Origin: Rickettsiales bacterium
GTDB lineage: Bacteria > Pseudomonadota > Alphaproteobacteria > Rs-D84
Length of the DNA stretch: 64,000 bases
Assembly: GCA_031260805.1 (NCBI GenBank)
Contig: JAISKV010000001.1
Location: 20,978-84,977, forward strand
Direction: 5' to 3'
The notes under the pieces were generated by a model. That model was not told where the DNA came from, ran no database searches, and worked only from the letters and a program-made list of their open reading frames with translations. Shown in pieces: positions 59,182-64,000 of the stretch (the first letter of the stretch is position 1; every line of letters starts with the position of its first letter). Made by a program: the position numbers and the translations under genes.

Positions 59182-60081
59182 TTAAACCTCGTCAACATGA
59201 AACACCACCCGGATTCCGGATTTTTCCCATTCGGCGATTTTCGCGTCCAGGTCCATGATATTTTTTTCTTTCAGATACAAGACCGGATTGGCCAGGCCGC
59301 TTAATTTTTTTATCGGCGATTCAATCTGCTTGCCGGTCGCAAACCAAAATTCCGGATCCGCAATAAAGAAGTCAGGATCGTCGTGGGTGTATACATTGGA
59401 ATCTCCAATCTTTGACAGACCGGCCGGCGCAGGGGCGGGGGCGGTCGTAGTAAAGTTCAGGTCCCGGAACACTGGCGCTGCGGCCGTTGCCGCGACATCA
59501 AAACTGTCCGGCAATGGCAGCGGACATGTGTTTTCATCGGCCGCCACATTTGGCGCATCGGCCGGCGCGGCGACATGCGCGATCACATCGCATCCGCCGG
59601 TTGGCGTGCAGACGACCCGCTGCGCAATCGGCAGTTCGGTGAAAGTCTTTTTGATATTTGCGAATGCGCCGCTCAATTCTGCGGGAATTTCTTCGGGAAC
59701 TATGATTTTGGGTTCTTCTTTTTTTTCAACGGACTCTGTCTGCTTCTCTGCGTCTGGCTCTTTCTTTTTGGGCAATTTGCATGAAATAGGAATAATCGGC
59801 TTGGCAGTTTTGTAGATTATGACGCATGCCGCCAGATAAATTGGTATGACCGCCGCCATGGTTATGACCAGAATAAACCCGGAATATCCATGCAGGCGGG
59901 TGTGCGAAAAAGTATTCCATGCAACGGCTTGCAATATGTCAAAGTCAAACAAGAACCGGAAAACCAAGTAAACGGCAATAAAATACCATGCAGTCCACAG
60001 GGCTATGTTTTTGAGTTTTATAAAAAAATCCTTGACCTTTGCCATTTGCGTCATTCTGACACAAATTATTGTTTTTGTCAA
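59182..60081 (-). CDS. hypothetical membrane protein with Pro/Ala-rich linker
   Basis: Two N-terminal TM helices, charged linker, PAPAPA low complexity, conserved-looking C-terminal domain (DPDFFIADPEFWFATG); no known motifs. Confidence 0.45.
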   Translation of the reverse strand: MTKTIICVRMTQMAKVKDFFIKLKNIALWTAWYFIAVYLVFRFLFDFDILQAVAWNTFSHTRLHGYSGFILVITMAAVIPIYLAACVIIYKTAKPIIPISCKLPKKKEPDAEKQTESVEKKEEPKIIVPEEIPAELSGAFANIKKTFTELPIAQRVVCTPTGGCDVIAHVAAPADAPNVAADENTCPLPLPDSFDVAATAAAPVFRDLNFTTTAPAPAPAGLSKIGDSNVYTHDDPDFFIADPEFWFATGKQIESPIKKLSGLANPVLYLKEKNIMDLDAKIAEWEKSGIRVVFHVDEV

Positions 60082-60116
60082 ATAGTAGTTAGTTGGAATT
60101 CAGGGTGCAGTTTATT

Positions 60117-60313
60117 ACCACTACCCCGTCGCGCTGCGCGCGCCACCCCTTCCCGGGCCCCGCGAAAAACAAAGTTTTTCGTGGGTGGATCCCAGCGAAG
60201 GGGATTTTGATGGCCTGCATCACATAATAAAATGATATTTATTGAAACGAAGTCGGGATAATCCCCTTCGCTGGCGAAGGGGTGGCGCGCGCAGCGCGAC
60301 GGGGTAGTGGTAG
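60117..60313. repeat. long palindromic element with CCACTACCCCGTCGCGCTGCGCGCGCCACCCCTTC arms (same family as 20257-20322)
   Basis: Left arm 60117-60165, right arm about 60262-60313, about 100-nt loop. Followed by an AATTAAGAA-word palindrome (about 60310-60420). Confidence 0.75.
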
Positions 60314-60425
60314 AATTATGAATTAAGAAAGAAGAATTAAGAATTATAAAATTATGTCTGACACTCTGTTTATTATAGCAGACAACGATAATTCTTATTT
60401 CTTAATTGTTAATTCTTAATTAAAT

Positions 60426-60487
60426 CCTGTAAACCACCCCGGCCTGCGGCCACCCCTCCAAAGGAGGGGAACTGGCCCCGCAACTAA
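60426..60487. repeat. copy of CCTGTAAACCACCCC...GGGGAACTGGCC arm (family of 51172-51497)
   Basis: CCTGTAAACCACCCCGGCCTGCGGCCACCCCTCCAAAGGAGGGGAACTGGCC, followed by CAGAGTTCAG-type words. Confidence 0.7.
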
Positions 60488-60590
60488 ACTCTGAACTCTG
60501 AACCCCGAACTCTGAAAACTAGTAATTTTTCCCTTTTATTAAATTGCCAAAGTATGTTAAAATGCAAGAGATTAATTCAAGAGAGAATCT

Positions 60591-63299
60591 TTGAGAAAAA
60601 TGCGCATTTTTTGTATGGCTGCGCTGGCCGCATGTTTTGCGTTGCCCGCAGTTTCCGCATCGCGGCCGGGCGTTGCGCCTGATGCTGCGGCCCAGGGGTC
60701 GGCGGCAGTGGCGCGTCGCGGCGGCACAATGCCTATGGCGGTTTCCGATGGCGGCGCGAATGCCGCGCGGGCAGGGGCATTGCGCGCGACGCCGAATGCG
60801 CCTGCCGCGCCGACTGTCGTGGCGCGCGCCGGGGCGACACAAAAGGTTGTCGGCACCGGCGTCAAGGTTAATGCCGCGGTTCAGAACAGTGTTGTCGGTG
60901 GCGAATGCCGAGAAAAATATTTCGGCTGCATGGACAGTTTCTGCATGATTGAAAACGACAACGGCGGCCGGTGCATTTGTTCTTCACGCAAGTCTGAATT
61001 GGACAAGGTTCTGGCTGAAATTGAAAAACTGGACGACCAGACTTTCAAGCTGGCGACCAAGGGCGTTGAAAAGATTGAAATGGGCGCGAATGCCGACTAT
61101 ATCTTCAAGACGGCCGAGGCGGCCGAAAAGGACGCGCTGGGCGAATCCGAACTGGAAAAAAACAAGAACAAAATTCGTCCGACTAAAAAGTTGGACATGA
61201 GCATGTGGACCGCTTACGAGGTGGAAGAACTTGAAATCCCGTCTGATGGAATTTCAGACAAATCCGGAAACGCGCGCTTGGTCGCGGCGCATGATTTATG
61301 CCAGCGATCCATCGGCAACGACTGCTCGGTCCAGGATTTCAACATGGTTCAGACGATGTATCAGACGAATGTGCAATCCGACTGCCGCGCGTATGAAAAT
61401 TATCTGAAACAAAAGAAAAACGAATCGTCGCAAAAACTGTCAACGGCGCAGAGCGCGGTGCGCGAGGCTGCACTGGCATCTTTTGAGAATGCGAACAAGT
61501 ACAATTTGGGCGAATGCAGCATTGAAATGAAAAAGTGCATGGCGAAAACCGCCGGGTGCAAGGATGACTTTACCGGGTGCGTGGGGCTGGCCGCGGCGGA
61601 AAACATCAAGCGCGGCAAGGCCAAGACTTATGACATCAAGGGCACAACGACCAAGGTTACGATAAACGCCAGCACTTACGACACCATGCTGGCGAAAAAG
61701 CCGCTGTGCTTTGACACCGTGGTATCGCAGTGCATCGCGGTGCGCGATCAGGTGTGGGATGTGTTTTTGCGCGACATCGCGCCGACATTGAAAAGCGCGG
61801 AATTGGTGGCGGAATCAGACTTGCGCATGAACTGCATCAGCAATATTTCCAACTGTTTCCAAAAGGCGTGCAAAGACAACATGGATCCTGCGAATCCCGA
61901 AGGATCGTACGACATGTGCCTTTCGCGGCCGCAGACATTGGAAAGCGTCTGCAAAATCCAGATTGATCCGTGCAAACAGGCCGAGCCGCAGATTCTGAAC
62001 TTTGTCAAGGCGCGCGTCGCGGCGATGCGCGTGGACGCCTGCACGACCCAGGTTAAAAACTGCTATACCGCAGATACCGTTTGCGGCAAGAATTTCGAGA
62101 ACTGCATCGGGCTGGATCGCGATGCGATAATTGACATGTGCCCGGCGGAAAAACTGACCGCGTGCGTGCATACCAACGGCAATCCGGTGAAAGCGGGGGA
62201 TAAGATTTCCACTATCACGGGCCTGACTGATATGATTCAGGGGATCTACTTGTCAATTGACAATGCCGCGCTGGCGCAGTGCCAAAAAATCGCCAATGAC
62301 AAAATGATTGAGATTTGCGGCGACACCGCGTCGTGCGGGGCGTTCTCGGATGATTCAACGATGGGTACGGATTCGCTGTACGCCGCAAAGAACAGTTCCG
62401 GAAACTATGTAATCAGCGGGCTGATGAATTTCGGCAGCATCACGACTGCTAAGGACAATCAGACGAATGATGACGGACGCGTCCAGTTCGCGTCGGAAAA
62501 ATTAAGTTATACAACTTGCGCGACCGATACGGCGGCCAAGAATCGCATAGAGGCATCGTTTAATACAATCAAGAATAAAACAGACAATCTGATTTCAATG
62601 CTGTCGTCGGATACCCAGCTGGGATACTGCTTGAACGGACGCAGCATGCGGCAGATTTCCGGCGCGGATTCAATGACGGCGACCGCGCGGTTCCCGAACC
62701 TGATTGATACCTATATGAAGGTTATTTTGGATGCCGGATTGACCAAGGCATCTGAAAATTATGATAAAAAGTTGAAAGAATTGGCGACCAAGGCGACGGA
62801 AAATCAAAGCGACGACATGAACGCGGCGATGTGCGCGGCGATGGCCAGCGATCGCGACAACTTGATTAATGTGTTTTCCGGAACCGGTGGAAATGACAAA
62901 TCAGATTCCAATTCCGGATTTTGCGGCACGGCGTCAATAACAATCAGCGGCGCTAGATTGACAGATTTGGCCAAGGCGGTATCCGGGGCGGACAAGGAAA
63001 TCTTGTTGCTGGGCACAAAAGGCGAGATGATCGCCAAGCAGCAGTACACCAGCATTTATTCGCGCGAATCAAACACATGCAAAATCAAAACTACGACCAT
63101 AGCGTGCAAAAGCACCGAAGCGCAGTATGATACCAGCAGCAGTTGCGGCAGCGGCGGAATAACGCTTATTGGCAGCGCATGCGGCGGCGGCCTGTTGAAA
63201 ATCGGGGGCAGCAAGAAAACGAGCACGCGGACATTCGCCGGCGTGATCTGCAAAGAGTTTGAGGCGCCGATAGAATCAGAGCAGACAATAGCGATGTGA
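60591..63299 (+). CDS. large secreted cysteine-rich protein (902 aa), unknown function
   Basis: Signal peptide. Ala-rich low-complexity segment. Then about 60 Cys in recurring CxnC spacings (e.g. CREKYFGCMDSFCMIENDNGGRCIC). No catalytic motifs recognised. Confidence 0.6.
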   Translation: MRKMRIFCMAALAACFALPAVSASRPGVAPDAAAQGSAAVARRGGTMPMAVSDGGANAARAGALRATPNAPAAPTVVARAGATQKVVGTGVKVNAAVQNSVVGGECREKYFGCMDSFCMIENDNGGRCICSSRKSELDKVLAEIEKLDDQTFKLATKGVEKIEMGANADYIFKTAEAAEKDALGESELEKNKNKIRPTKKLDMSMWTAYEVEELEIPSDGISDKSGNARLVAAHDLCQRSIGNDCSVQDFNMVQTMYQTNVQSDCRAYENYLKQKKNESSQKLSTAQSAVREAALASFENANKYNLGECSIEMKKCMAKTAGCKDDFTGCVGLAAAENIKRGKAKTYDIKGTTTKVTINASTYDTMLAKKPLCFDTVVSQCIAVRDQVWDVFLRDIAPTLKSAELVAESDLRMNCISNISNCFQKACKDNMDPANPEGSYDMCLSRPQTLESVCKIQIDPCKQAEPQILNFVKARVAAMRVDACTTQVKNCYTADTVCGKNFENCIGLDRDAIIDMCPAEKLTACVHTNGNPVKAGDKISTITGLTDMIQGIYLSIDNAALAQCQKIANDKMIEICGDTASCGAFSDDSTMGTDSLYAAKNSSGNYVISGLMNFGSITTAKDNQTNDDGRVQFASEKLSYTTCATDTAAKNRIEASFNTIKNKTDNLISMLSSDTQLGYCLNGRSMRQISGADSMTATARFPNLIDTYMKVILDAGLTKASENYDKKLKELATKATENQSDDMNAAMCAAMASDRDNLINVFSGTGGNDKSDSNSGFCGTASITISGARLTDLAKAVSGADKEILLLGTKGEMIAKQQYTSIYSRESNTCKIKTTTIACKSTEAQYDTSSSCGSGGITLIGSACGGGLLKIGGSKKTSTRTFAGVICKEFEAPIESEQTIAM

Positions 63300-63341
63300 T
63301 GAATAGCGAGCAGAGAAAGACAAATAGAGAATGATATTTTT

Positions 63342-63665
63342 ATGAAAAAATATATAGAAAATATTACGATAGGCGAGTTTTTGATAACAGAGTTTTTAGA
63401 ACCGCTGGGACTTTCGCAGAATGCCCTGGCCAGGGCTATTAATGTTCCGCAAAACCGCATAAACGAGATTGCGAATGGCAAGCGCGGTATTACGGCTGAT
63501 ACAGATTTGCGTTTGTGCAGATATTTTAATATGAGCGATGGATTCTTTTTAAGGGTTCAGACAAAAATAGATCAAGATATCGCAAGGCAAAAACTGGAAA
63601 ACGAGTTGAATCAAATAATTCCGTATGCAAATGACAATGGGCATCGGGATTTGATAGCGATGTAG
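63342..63665 (+). CDS. higA: HigA-family antitoxin-like XRE helix-turn-helix protein
   Basis: EFLEPLGLSQNALARAINVPQNRINEIANGKRGITADTDLRLCRYF matches the HigA/VapI HTH core. Confidence 0.75.
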   Translation: MKKYIENITIGEFLITEFLEPLGLSQNALARAINVPQNRINEIANGKRGITADTDLRLCRYFNMSDGFFLRVQTKIDQDIARQKLENELNQIIPYANDNGHRDLIAM

Positions 63666-63681
63666 AATAACTGAAAATATA

Positions 63682-64000
63682 AATGAAAAAATTTTATTAT
63701 TTATTCTTTATTCTTTTTTCTTTCGCGATGCCGGCGGCGTTGCATGCCGCATGCTCGTCCCTGAATCTGCAAACCTGCCTGGACAGCGCGTGCAACCTGA
63801 ACAGCATGGATCATGGCGAGCGGTGCAATCTGTGCGGCGGCGGATCGGGAAATTCTTCGCGCGAATCAACCGGATTGCAATCGCTGTCGCTGGGCGCGTC
63901 AAAATACGCGCTGACCGACAAAGAATTGAAAAATGCGCCGACCGGCAACGCGGGCCAGCGGTACATCTGGGCGACGGATCAATGCTTGAAAAAAGTTGTA
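63682..64000 (+). CDS. secreted cysteine-rich protein, paralog of 60591-63299 (5' part; runs off window)
   Basis: Signal peptide MKKFYYLFFILFSFAMPAALHA. CSSLNLQTCLDSACNLNSMDHGERCNLC shares the C-x7-C-xDS-xC-x9-RC-xC pattern with the upstream paralog. Confidence 0.5.

Noticed and set aside
63708-63902. Minus-strand 64-aa ORF overlapping the start of the second Cys-rich gene
   Set aside because: It lies antisense to a plus-strand ORF with a clear signal peptide and paralogy to the upstream Cys-rich protein.
1-64000. Assignment of the contig to Neisseria because of ATTCCCGCGCAGGCGGGAAT dRS3-like repeats
   Set aside because: Ribosomal protein S12 and EF-Tu sequences, the GapR/DUF2312-like protein, and the rpsL-rpsG-fusA-tuf-rpsJ arrangement with tuf in the cluster do not fit Neisseria. 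The motif is treated as a convergent or horizontally acquired repeat.

Overview
This 64-kb window is chromosomal DNA from a Gram-negative (diderm) bacterium, with roughly 55% GC in genes. Two features hint at an alphaproteobacterium but the lineage stays uncertain: a GapR/DUF2312-like protein, and a ribosomal protein S12 that starts 'MPTVNQL'. The window is not Neisseria even though it carries Neisseria-like repeat words.

Gene content is mostly housekeeping:
- tRNA-Phe
- dprA-dnaA, pgsA, uvrC, a type IV pilin-like gene, an RluA-family pseudouridine synthase, an AsmA-like protein
- a stand-alone diadenylate cyclase (cdaA-like), dnaN, plsC
- a thermonuclease, tolB, two outer-membrane beta-barrel proteins, rbfA, ftsEX, lepA
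- an integrase-like remnant, acpP-fabF-mltG
- a complete str-S10-spc-alpha ribosomal-protein supercluster (30.4-50.4 kb: rpsL through rplQ, with fusA, tuf, secY and rpoA)
- skp, pyk, dacC carrying a SPOR domain, recR, rsmA, and a Kef-type antiporter

Two unusual protein-coding elements stand out:
- a 1323-aa secreted protein with phage-tail-fibre-like repeats
- two tandem cysteine-rich secreted paralogs flanking an orphan higA

The most striking feature is at the DNA level. Almost every intergenic gap carries a hairpin built from degenerate tandem 6-9-nt words such as GGTTTAAGG, AATTAAGAA, GTGAAAAGT, CAGAGTTCAG, GATAAAAGATAAAAAT and CATTATTCACTATT. These occur as multi-copy dispersed families: an ~88-nt element in four copies and an ~175-nt element in two copies, both inside the ribosomal-protein cluster. 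There are also NIME/dRS3-like elements built on the ATTCCCGCGCAGGCGGGAAT motif and two GC-rich inverted-repeat families. The repeat words reach into coding DNA. They supply the last codons and stop codons of lepA, cdaA and rpsC, and they encode low-complexity segments in dacC and the N-terminal hydrophobic segment of mltG. Four small, previously unplaced ORFs sit inside the normally compact ribosomal-protein operons.

CDS coordinates follow the supplied ORF track. That track appears to translate GTG and TTG starts as M, so I trimmed starts to the first plausible ATG where homology made that clear. Features I placed by hand (repeats, promoters, terminators, the tRNA) may be off by 1-3 nt. No database search or folding was possible. 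All family calls rest on motifs I could read directly in the translations.
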